This document shows positions 44,937 to 54,700 of a stretch of 64,000 nt of DNA, in pieces. Below the pieces are notes generated by a model, which was not told the origin of the DNA, ran no database searches, and worked only from the letters and a program-made list of their open reading frames with translations. The stretch lies in the IMG/VR virus record IMGVR_UViG_3300011116_001229, one strand, 5' to 3'. The DNA comes from a virus. Its lineage: Duplodnaviria; Caudoviricetes. The translations under genes and the position numbers were made by a program. Numbering within the stretch: the stretch's first letter is position 1; every line of letters starts with the position of its first letter.

Positions 44937-45854
44937 ATGCTTAAGTGCCCTAACTGTGATTTTCAAGTCGAAACAATCAATTCTCTCAGAATCCATGCAT
45001 CAAAAAAGCACGGCATGGGAAGTGAAGATCTTTATGTCAGCGTAGTCCTAGAAGGCTCTAAGCCCGCATGTAAGTGCGGTTGCGGAGAATCAGTAAAATT
45101 TCACGGACTGAGCAAAGGATACTCTGAATATGCCTGGGGACATGGCGCTAGAATCAACAACAATTGGGGGAATAATATAACAGCTAGAGAGAAGAGCATC
45201 GAGACTCGCAGAGAGATGTGGAAGAACGGTGAGATCAAGGGTTGGTGCACGGGATTGACTAAAGAAGATCCGCGGATCGCGGCGATCATACAGAAGATGA
45301 ACACATCAGAAAGAGCACAGAAGATTTCAGACGCGTTAACGGGCCGATCAAAGTCTGAGTCTCATAAAGACAAGATAGCTCAAAACATGAAGTCATATTG
45401 GTCTAATGAAGAGAATAGAGCAAAGCAAAGTCAAAGACAAGCTGAGTGTGTCAAGAGTGGAATGCTCACAAAGGCAACGCGAGTGCACGGATACTATGAA
45501 AACCCAACAAAGTCAAACAAACATGTCTACTATCGGTCAATGTTCGAGCTGAACGCAGTTCTATTCATGGAAGCTGATGATTCTATCTCTTCGTATACTA
45601 TGGAACCTCTCACAATCGAATACAACTTTGATGGAAAAATCCGTCATTATGTTGTCGATTGCTTAATTGAATACAGTGATGGCCGAAAGATTCTCATAGA
45701 ATTCAAACCCAATTGTCACTTATTGGATCCAAAGAACGTCGCGAAATTTGAAGCTGCTAGCATCTTCGCATCTAACAAAGGTATGTCATTTGAAGTTTGG
45801 ACCGAAAAGACGCACCCATTTCTCTCTCGACAAGTCACGTCTTTACTTATGTAG
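44937..45854 (+). CDS. Free-standing endonuclease: Zn finger + CxCGCG + PD-(D/E)xK (TnsA-like) domain
   Basis: CPNC...HASKKH, CKCGCG, NUMOD3-like KISDALTGRSKSESHKDKI, YRSMFE...YTMEP..IEY...YVVD...IEFKP. Confidence 0.72.
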   Translation: MLKCPNCDFQVETINSLRIHASKKHGMGSEDLYVSVVLEGSKPACKCGCGESVKFHGLSKGYSEYAWGHGARINNNWGNNITAREKSIETRREMWKNGEIKGWCTGLTKEDPRIAAIIQKMNTSERAQKISDALTGRSKSESHKDKIAQNMKSYWSNEENRAKQSQRQAECVKSGMLTKATRVHGYYENPTKSNKHVYYRSMFELNAVLFMEADDSISSYTMEPLTIEYNFDGKIRHYVVDCLIEYSDGRKILIEFKPNCHLLDPKNVAKFEAASIFASNKGMSFEVWTEKTHPFLSRQVTSLLM

Positions 45855-45952
45855 GGTGCTGTGCTCCCTGCCACACCCACCAGCACGTCGGTGACCCCGA
45901 ATAATCTTCTAATAAAGACCTGATAGTTTACTCAAGTCATTAACCAGAATTA

Positions 45953-46714
45953 TCAGACGCCGTACGTTTTTCGCCCAGCGCTAAAGTTCTGCTCAATTTC
46001 TGTCGCGGTGAGTGCCGCACTGTAGACCATGAATTGTCCCAGTCTCATGTTGGCGTAGGATCCGTCGCCCATGTTGGTGATGTCTGTTGCCGCTATAGCA
46101 TAGTACAGTCCTGCACCTCCTTCGATGGGATTCAGACGAGCAAATGTCGCGCTCCCTGCTGCCGCCCCGTTGACGTAAGCATTGAGCTTCGTCCCGTCGT
46201 ACACAATCGCAAAGTGATACCAAGCATTGAGGGGTGTCGCCACCGTGGACGTGATCGAGGATATGGCAGAACCATTCCACATGCCGAACTTCATCGTCCC
46301 AGCGACCATTTCCATCTGCGAGTTGTGCCAGCCTGCAGCATTGGGAAGGGCGGATGATCCAATCTCAGACAGCAGCACACCGTTGTCCATTGGATAAGCC
46401 CACATCATGATCGAGGTGATGTCGGTCGGCACCTTCGAGGCCAACGAAGTGTTTGTGATCAGCGTGTCGTTGCTGCCGTCAAATGTGAGGTAACCGCTGC
46501 TGTAAGTCGGTCCGTTGTACAGCGTGGCGCTGCTGTTTCCCTTCAGGTCAGTGACTGTCACTCCGCTGCCCGGATATGATGCGGCGTTGCCGATATCGTA
46601 GTGAAGGACTAGACCTGTCGTGACTATTGCGGTGGAGATAGTAGAGAATCCACCGTCGAATCCAAATTGGGACAGTGAAGTCGAGAATCCTCTATTGAAA
46701 CCGCTGAATCCCAT
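45953..46714 (-). CDS. LamG/ConA-like domain virion protein
   Basis: GLVLHYDIGNAASYPGSG.TVTDL...NGPTYSS.YLTFDGSND...WYHFAIVYDG...YVNG; start set at ATG 46714, 1 nt after the upstream TGA. Confidence 0.7.
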   Translation of the reverse strand: MGFSGFNRGFSTSLSQFGFDGGFSTISTAIVTTGLVLHYDIGNAASYPGSGVTVTDLKGNSSATLYNGPTYSSGYLTFDGSNDTLITNTSLASKVPTDITSIMMWAYPMDNGVLLSEIGSSALPNAAGWHNSQMEMVAGTMKFGMWNGSAISSITSTVATPLNAWYHFAIVYDGTKLNAYVNGAAAGSATFARLNPIEGGAGLYYAIAATDITNMGDGSYANMRLGQFMVYSAALTATEIEQNFSAGRKTYGV

Positions 46715-46715
46715 G

Positions 46716-47111
46716 TCAACCCACACCGCCGAAACCGTTACTGCCGGTGACAGGAAGCATCTCGGTCCATGGAATGACTGTGAGCCCGGCCACTACCGAG
46801 AAGGGCACTGAAGTACCAACTGCTCCGGAGATGAAGAGTCTGTCTGTCTTCAGTTCAGCTGAGAAAGATTCAGATCCGCTGAGGATGAAGTAGTTCGAAT
46901 TCTTCGCGAGGAGCCCATTCTGTGTAAAAGCGACTGCGATTGCTGTCGACGTAGCACCAGTGTTCCTCACCAAGAGGAATTTGGAGACAGTGTCGAATGT
47001 GATCTCGCGTGTTGCTCCAAGCGCCACGATCGAAGAAGTGACGAAGGGAATGCCTGACATCTGGTATGCGGGTGAGTAGTATTCGCCCATTGAAGGATTT
47101 TTTAGTGCCAT
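46716..47111 (-). CDS. Putative small virion structural protein
   Basis: 131 aa, YQMSGIPFVTSS, beta-rich; coupled to the LamG gene. Confidence 0.6.
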   Translation of the reverse strand: MALKNPSMGEYYSPAYQMSGIPFVTSSIVALGATREITFDTVSKFLLVRNTGATSTAIAVAFTQNGLLAKNSNYFILSGSESFSAELKTDRLFISGAVGTSVPFSVVAGLTVIPWTEMLPVTGSNGFGGVG

Positions 47112-47141
47112 TTTATTGTGCCCTGTATGCTATGGATGCGG

Positions 47142-47148
47142 TAAATAT
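47142..47148 (-). promoter_or_regulatory. ATA-N-TTA candidate phage late promoter element (minus strand)
   Basis: TAAATAT on + reads ATATTTA on -, 30 nt upstream of the start at 47111. Confidence 0.45.
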
Positions 47149-47217
47149 CAAATGCAGAAACAATTATAACCTGCTGACAAAGTTATGCTCATCATCAATT
47201 AAAATAGGTCAATAGTT

Positions 47218-47245
47218 TTTACAACGTCTATTTTAGACATAAAAT
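47218..47245 (+). promoter_or_regulatory. Sigma70-like promoter for the chaperone gene
   Basis: TTTACA (47218-23), 16-nt spacer, TAAAAT (47240-45); AGGAG RBS downstream. Confidence 0.4.
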
Positions 47246-47272
47246 CCGTTTACACAGGAGAATATCAAACAC

Positions 47273-48151
47273 ATGTCAGAAGATCGTGATTCAAAAAATG
47301 CAGTTTTCACTCAGGGGCAACAAGTGCCAGCAGGCGTTGATCCCCGCATGCCGCGCCAGACAATTGCCGAGAAAGTCAAGGCCGACTTTGGTCTAGACAT
47401 TCCCCAAGAGATCGTTCCGCTGCCGTCGATGGGCAAGGTTTACCACCCAGAGTCACCCCTTCACGGCCTTGAATCGATCGAGATCAAGGCGATGACAGCC
47501 CGTGAAGAAGATATTCTCACGTCAAGAGCTCTCCTCAAGAAGGGCACAGTCATCTCTGAGCTGATTAAGTCATGCATCATCAATCGTTCAATTGATCCAC
47601 TTCAGCTTTTGTCGGGCGATAGAAACGCCATCATGGTGGCAATTCGAATCACCGGTTATGGCCCTGAGTACAATGTCGAGCTTGAATGTCCCGAGTGTAG
47701 TGTCAAGTCACCCCACGGATTTGATCTCTCGTCATTACCTCTCCGACGCCTTGAGATCGAGCCTGTACAGCCAGGTATGAACGTGTTTGAATACCAGCTG
47801 CCTTATAGCAAGAAGAAGGTGCACTTCAAGTTCATGACCGGCCGCGACGAAGAAGAGATCATGGTCATGTCTGAGAAGCAGAAGAAGCTTGCTCTCGGAA
47901 CCGAGTCGAATGTTACCACAAATCTTCTGTACTCAATTGTGTCTATCGATGGCGTCTCAGACAGAAGCAAGATCTCAGCTTTCGTCAAGAACATGCCTGC
48001 GAGAGATTCACTGTCCTTAAGAGAATTCATCAAAGACAGCGAACCAGGCATCATCATGCGTCAAGACACTACTTGTGACGCTTGCGGCCACACCGAGGAG
48101 GTGAACATGCCGCTCGGAGTCTCGTTTCTTTGGCCTCAGGCCCGAAGATAG
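47273..48151 (+). CDS. Tail assembly chaperone / baseplate hub assembly protein (T4 gp26-like)
   Basis: VPLPSMGKVY...IEIKAMTAREEDIL...GDRNAIMVAIR...CPEC...CDAC; just upstream of the tape measure gene. Confidence 0.7.
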   Translation: MSEDRDSKNAVFTQGQQVPAGVDPRMPRQTIAEKVKADFGLDIPQEIVPLPSMGKVYHPESPLHGLESIEIKAMTAREEDILTSRALLKKGTVISELIKSCIINRSIDPLQLLSGDRNAIMVAIRITGYGPEYNVELECPECSVKSPHGFDLSSLPLRRLEIEPVQPGMNVFEYQLPYSKKKVHFKFMTGRDEEEIMVMSEKQKKLALGTESNVTTNLLYSIVSIDGVSDRSKISAFVKNMPARDSLSLREFIKDSEPGIIMRQDTTCDACGHTEEVNMPLGVSFLWPQARR

Positions 48152-48398
48152 AGAACAGCTGGTCTTAGAACCGGCATTCCTCCTGATGTATTACGGCGGG
48201 TGTCTGTATGAAGAAATCATGCGGATGCCCGTTGCCTATAAGCGTTGGTTCATCCAAAGAATCAATCAAGAGATAACTAGAACCCACGAAGCAGGACAGA
48301 CTCAGACCCGCGCGGCCCATCAAAATCAACCCGACGTGCGTGAGCTTCAAGGCAAGGTGAGAAATCAGTCACCTTCTCGCCTTAGAAGATTCACATAA
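48126..48398 (+). CDS. +1-frame extension of the chaperone (G-T-like product)
   Basis: Frame is open from 48105 and reads FFGLRPEDREQLVLEPAFLLMYYGGCLYEEIMRMPVAYKRWFIQRI; overlaps TTT CTT TGG; no clear RBS before ATG 48186. Confidence 0.6.
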   Translation, partial: FFGLRPEDREQLVLEPAFLLMYYGGCLYEEIMRMPVAYKRWFIQRINQEITRTHEAGQTQTRAAHQNQPDVRELQGKVRNQSPSRLRRFT

Positions 48399-48470
48399 TG
48401 ACAAGTTTGTTGAAATTGTGTGTTCTTCTTTTTTTCGTCGTATTATTTACGCTTAAGCTGAGGTAAGCAC

Positions 48471-48770
48471 GTGTCTAAAGGTTCCAATAAAAAGTCTGTC
48501 TTAACTGAAGATCTCTATCTAAACACTACGGGCAAGATATTTCTTGCGTCTCTGGGTGCTTGGATGGTGGGTAAATATGTCAACACAAAGCTGAAGGGCA
48601 GTCGAGACGAAGTGTCTGCAGTTGCAGACGCGCTTATTTCTTCTAGAAGATTTCAAGAAGAACTCAATAGACCTGGTGCCTCTGTTGAATCTGTCGTAGA
48701 GAAGCTCAGAGTAAAAGAGATGTCTGCGTCCACATTTGAGAGAGTTTTTGGCGTTAAATGGCCCCTGTGA
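48471..48770 (+). CDS. Hypothetical protein
   Basis: 99 aa, GTG start with GAGGT RBS, between chaperone and tape measure. Confidence 0.7.
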   Translation: MSKGSNKKSVLTEDLYLNTTGKIFLASLGAWMVGKYVNTKLKGSRDEVSAVADALISSRRFQEELNRPGASVESVVEKLRVKEMSASTFERVFGVKWPL

Positions 48771-48799
48771 TTAAGGTCATAGAATTAAGTAGGATTTAA

Positions 48800-51700
48800 A
48801 TGGCAGAAGGCGGCGGTGGCAAGGGAGGCAGCGGACCCAATCCGAAGGAAGTAAGTGCAGTTAACTCTGTGCTTCAGCAGCAGCTTGCCATCATGAACCA
48901 GCTGAAAGACGCGATTGCGTCAATGACTACGCAGATGTCAGAATTCTGTGAAGTCTCTGATAAGTGCTTTTCTTCTGACAAATGGCAGCAGGTCACCAAG
49001 CAAGCTCAAGCTTATAGCAGTCAAACAAAGACGTCAACTCAAAGCACCGGTCAGCTTGCTAAGAAGGCAAAAGAACTATCCACTAATTTTAGCAAGTTAG
49101 CTCCCACTATCGGCGGTGTAGCTGGCGGTTTAGCGGGTCTCAAGCAGGGATTTGCTAGCTTTGTTGCAAGTCTTAAAGGCGGGATCAACGTTATCAAATC
49201 AGCTGCTTCAGCTATCTTTGATCTGGGTAGATCAGTCATCTCTGTGCCCTTCAAGATGATGAAGGGCTTGATTAACATGGCAAATCAAGGCGGAGGCGGC
49301 GGTGGCGGCCTTGCTGAAGCCATGGAAGAACTCAGAAAAGAGTTCGGATTCTTAGGGCCGACGTCTGCAGCAGTTACTGACGTCGCCAAGAACATGCAAG
49401 GATTTTCTGATACTGGTCTAAGTGCCATAAGAGTTTTCGGCATGGCTGCAGACAGAATCAAGTACATGACTGCTCTCGCAAAAGAGATGGGTCCTCAGTT
49501 CGCTGCAAATGCTGAAGAATTCCGTCGAAACGGCGGAGCAATTCTAGCCTACCAAAAGGGTTTGGGTCTCACCGGTGAGCATCTGTCTGCGCTGGCGATT
49601 AAAGCTAAGCTCATGGGCGAAGACATGAGTTCTACTCTGAATGGCATCACTAAGCAAGCTTTACACATGTCAAAAGCATTTGGATTAGATGCCAAGGTAA
49701 TTTCAAGAGACATGGGCAAAGCCATGGCTGATGTGTCTCACTTCGGTCACTTGACTACACAGCAACTCAGTTCTGCTGTTGTTTATGCTAATAAATTGGG
49801 TGTGTCTATCGACAAGCTGACTGGCCTCATGGATCAGTTTGATACGTTCGACAAGGCAGCCGAGTCAACTGCATCTCTTAATGAACAGTTCGGAACGAAC
49901 ATCGACGCGATGGAATTGATGGCTGCACAAAGCCCAGCCGAGAAGATGGAAATGTTGAGAAAGTCTTTCCAGGCAACTGGAAAAGATATGTCTCAATTAA
50001 GCTTCCAAGAAAGAAAATTAATTCAACAAAAGACGGGTCTAGATCAGGCTACATTTGATGCTGCAATGGCGCAAGATGCTCAAGCTGATATTCTCGGAGA
50101 TATCAATAAAGAGTCTAAGAAAGCCGAAGACTCAACTTTAAAGCAAGCTGACGCTATGAAGCAGCTAGCTGTCCAAATTGAAAGAGTTGTTCAGAGCGGT
50201 GGCGGAGGATCACCGGGAGGAAGCTTCCTCGAAGCATTTACCAGAGGCTTCACGGAAGGCATCACCAAGACCCGTGAGTTCCAGCGTGTGATGATCAATA
50301 TCAGACGTTCACTTTTTGAAGTTGGTAGAATGGGATTCAACCTGGGTCAGTTGTTTGTGAAGGGCTTCCCAGGTGTAAAGCAGATTCTTGATGGTTTAGG
50401 CGATTTATTCGATCCCGCGAGATTTAGAAAATTATCGGGTGAAGTCCTTAAAATATTCAAGGGATTCCAGAATGGAAGCATAAAGTCATTTGACGAATTA
50501 ATGAGCAAATTGAAGACAGCATTCTTTGACTTCTTCAAGGCAGGCACACCGGCTTACGAGAAGATAATCGGAGGATTTAAGAATTTCTTCACTGCGCTCA
50601 TCAAGATTGTTTCTCAAATGATCATATGGATTGCTGATCACATTGAAGGTGCCATCAAGAGCTTGATTGAGTCACTTAAGAACGCTAAGTCTCCTGGAAT
50701 GGGAACATTCACGAAAATGTTCAAGCCGCTCATAGACGCTGCCATGCACGTTTTTGAGAAGCTCGGACCTCTTGTCTTGCCCTTACTGCTAGCTTTAGGT
50801 AAGAAAATCTTTGAAGTTTTAACTTCTGAGCAGTTCTTGACTTTCTTGAAGAAAGCCGGTCCGATTCTTGCACTTGTTATGTTTGGTCCCTCGCTACTGA
50901 AGTCCTTGACGGGTGCGTTGACCGGCACCTTGGCAGCAGCCGCCTCCGACGCAGTGAGAAACGCTTTCTTAGGCCCAGGATCAAAAAAGATTAGCGAGAT
51001 GACGGGCAAGCAGTTCTCCGAGCTAATGTCAAAGGCTACTCCTCCCCCCGCTCCTGCCGGTGCAGGAGGTCCAATAATTCCACCTGGAACACCTTCTCCT
51101 GCAGAGACAGCAAATGCTCAAGCTACGGGCTCTATCATCGACAGCTCACTCATAATCAAACTCTTACTCGCATTGGCTGCAATTATTACAATCGGTCTAG
51201 TTGCTTTCTATGCAGCTTCTAAGATGGTTAAGAATATGAGCCGTGAGCAGATAGAGAATACTCTTCTTACACTCGCCGGCATTGGAATAGCGATTATACC
51301 CGCTGCTATTGCAATGAAGCTCGTTTCCGGTCAGTCTCCGGCCTCAATTCTTGCTGCGATTCCTGCGTTAATTGCTTTAGGCCTGGTCATTCCAATGATG
51401 GCAGCTTTAGGCGTAGAAATTGCTAAGTCTCTTGCAGGAGTTCCGCTTGGCGACATCTTGTCGGCTCTTGCTCTAATTCTTGGCATGTCAGTGGCATTGA
51501 TACCTGCCTCAATGGCTCTCGCTAAACTAGCCGGAGTCGGCGGCGTTGTGACAGGTGCAGCACCGCTTATATTGGTTGCTTTGGCAGCATTAGGACTTCT
51601 CGTTCCAGCGATGGGTCTGCTGGGAATCAAACTTGCAGAGATGGCAGCAAGAATTGAATTAAGCAGTATTCTGAAGGCAATTATCTTACTTGCAGGTATG

Positions 51701-54700
51701 TCAGGAGCACTCCTAGCTGCTTCAGCTGCTCTAGCAGGTTTAGCAGCAGTAGGACCACTTGCCGGACTAGTTGGTGTTGCAATTATAGGTTTAGCAGCCG
51801 TGGGCCTAATTGCCGTCGCGATGTTTGAATTAGCTCCGGAACTAGCTGATGCTTCCTCATCGATACCGCTACCTAAAATACTCAAAGCTCTAGCAATATT
51901 AGGTCTCATGGCAGTTGCTGTTGTCGAAGTAGCTGTCGGCATGGCACTATTAGTAGCTGCGGGCGCGTTATCAATTCTAATGCCTGTCATTCTGATGGGG
52001 CTATCAGCTGTCCAAAAAGTCGGTGTTGGACTCATCGACATGTCTAGGGTCTTAGTTGAATCAGGACAAGGATTTAAACCCACTAAACTTGGACCTATCA
52101 TGGGTGCTCTTGCTTTAATGGCTGTCACCATCGCTGAAGTCATTCCAAACATGATCTTGCTTGCAGCTGCTGGCGCTTTAACACCTCTATATCCTGTCAT
52201 TTTATTAGGCATGATTGGCGTCGAAGAAGTCGCAACTTCATTATTAAAAGCAGCGCCTCAACTAGCCGCTGCTGGAGCAGGTATCAAAGCTGCAGCTATT
52301 GCTAGCGCGATGGGAATAATGGCACTAATGGCAGTAGCTATCGCTCAAAGTATAGGAAGTATGCTACTACTCGTCGCTGCAGCCCCACTAACATTATTGG
52401 CGCCTATCATTATTTTAGGCATGATCGGTGTGTCAGCAGTAGCCGCTGCACTTTTAAAGGCAGCGCCTAAGTTGGCTGAGGCTGCTTCAGGAATTGATGC
52501 CGGTGCTGTTGCAAATGCAATGGGCATCATGGCTCTAATGTCTTTAGCAATAGTCCAAGCCATTGGCAACATGCTGCTCTTAGTCGCAGCTGCGCCTTTT
52601 GCCTTGATATACAAGATAATAGGTTTAGGACTTAAGGCAGTCACTTGGACGGGTGAAGGTCTTCTCAACATGGGTAAGACAATTGCTGAAAAAGCCGCAG
52701 GTATTTCAGCAAGCAGTGTGATCGATGCGATGGGTGTCCTAGGTATAATAGCACTGCAAGTTATCGAATTAGCAGCAATCGCTGCTCTATTGACTGCTCT
52801 CGGAGCTCTGATTGTTACTTGGCCGATCATCAAGCTGGGCATGAAGCTAATGACGTGGACTGCAGAATTGCTTGCTGAGAAGGTACCCAGCATTGTAGAG
52901 AGTGCAAAGAAAATAGGATCATCAGGTCTTGCAGAAGCAATGCCAGGTATTGAAAACTTTGGCAAAGCATTGGATCAATTTGTGAAGATCATGGACGCGG
53001 TTGCTAGCCTATCTCAAATGGCAGAAGGCCCTATCAAAGCGATGGACTTTAGCTGGCGTGATACCGCAGCAGACAAAGCGAAAGCACTCGACAGTTTGAA
53101 GGGTGTTATGGACACCATGATGACCGGCGTCACGAATATATTGAACATAGTCTTGAAGATGGTCCAAGAAGTGGGTGCTTCGAGCGAAGCGCTTGAAGGT
53201 GCCAAATCAATTGTTGAGATACTAGCAGCTGTCGGTAAAATTGCAGAGGCGATGAAGCCATCACCACAATTTTTTGACGCTGTCAAAGCAGCTGACAATG
53301 ACGATGTGAAAGAGACGATGACTGAAGGCCTTGCGGGTCTTACTACTTTCATAAAAGAAGCTAGCACTCAGATTCAGGCAATTCTGGGCGTCATTTCAGA
53401 AAAACTCATACCTGCTATTGGCGGCATGTCACCGCAGCAGCTAGAAGCTGCCCAACATCTAGCACCTCTCATCGAGGCAGTTGGAAAAGTTATATCTGCT
53501 ATGCAGCCCCCTGACAACGTGATGGAAGTAATTCAAGAAGCTTCAGGCAATTTTTTAAAGATAAAAATCATCATGGATGGCGTGAGTTCTTATTTGACTG
53601 CAATGGCTCCTGCGATCGGCACGCTTTTGGACAATCTGGCTAAATACATCCCGGAGCTCGTCCGAAAAGTTGTCGGAGTAGGCCTCTCACCGGAGCAAAT
53701 GGATGCTTTGCAAGCTCTAGCTCCTCTTCTTTCGTCAATAGGAACTCTTGTCGGTTCACTCCTTACGCCCATGGCAGAGATCATGTCAAAGGCTGATGTT
53801 GACTTCTCTGATGCTGAAGAAGTTGCTAAAGTTCTCGGTAACATCGACATGATGTTTGCTAAGATGCAGGGTGCTTTAGACAAGATTTTAGATAAAGGCG
53901 GCCCCATGCAAAAACTTATTGATCTTGTGAAGGGCGTCACTCCCGAAGCCGCAGAAGCAGCCTCAAAGCTCTCCGGTGTGATAAATGCTGTGGGCTCTCT
54001 AGCAAAGGGCTTGCTACCACCACCTGAAGTTCTGAAAGCAATCCAAGACGCTGCGGCTGATGAAAAGAAGCTGACAAGCTTGATGACAAGTATTGAGAAA
54101 ATTGCCAGCATCCTATCTGACAACGTCGGCAAGCTAATGGGATCTCTATCGGGTATGGTCACATCGCTAGCCAGCGTTTCAGTCACACCCGACCAAGTCA
54201 AGTTGATGGAAGTGCTTGCTCCCATCTTAGGTTCTGCGACAAAACTTATCTCTGATCTCATAGCCAACGTCACGAAGAAGGGCCCGCCAAAAGCTGAAGA
54301 AATGGGTCCGCTGCAGGACTTCCTAGATAAATCAGTCGTTGCTATAAAACAAGTCTTTGATTCAATGTCGCAGACGGCGACGGACATGGTAAGATCAGTG
54401 GCTGAAGCAATAAAAGATCTCTCTAAGACAGGCCTTAAGCCAGAAGCCCTGAAGAGCGGCATGGAGTCTCTCAAGTCTGCCTTTGATATCATTACTTCAG
54501 TGTCCAATGTGATGAAGGACATCTCTGCGATGGCTACAAAGACTGACCCGAAGGGAGCCGTTTCTTTTGATGCAAGTGGTTACGGCGTTTTATTGGAAAA
54601 AGTTGATGAATTAATTAGCGCCATCTTTGAAGGCGACGCGTCTATCCTGCAGAAAATTTCCGCAGGCTTGCAGAAACTTCCTGCGGATTTTGGAAAGCAA

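Noticed and set aside
45855-45900. GC-rich stretch with gtgctg/cagcac pairing between convergent genes
   Set aside because: Could be a bidirectional terminator, but the stem is short, the loop large and there is no U tract.
48186-48398. Independent 70-aa gene starting at ATG 48186
   Set aside because: No clear RBS and the frame is open well upstream; treated as the frameshift extension, though independent initiation is not excluded.
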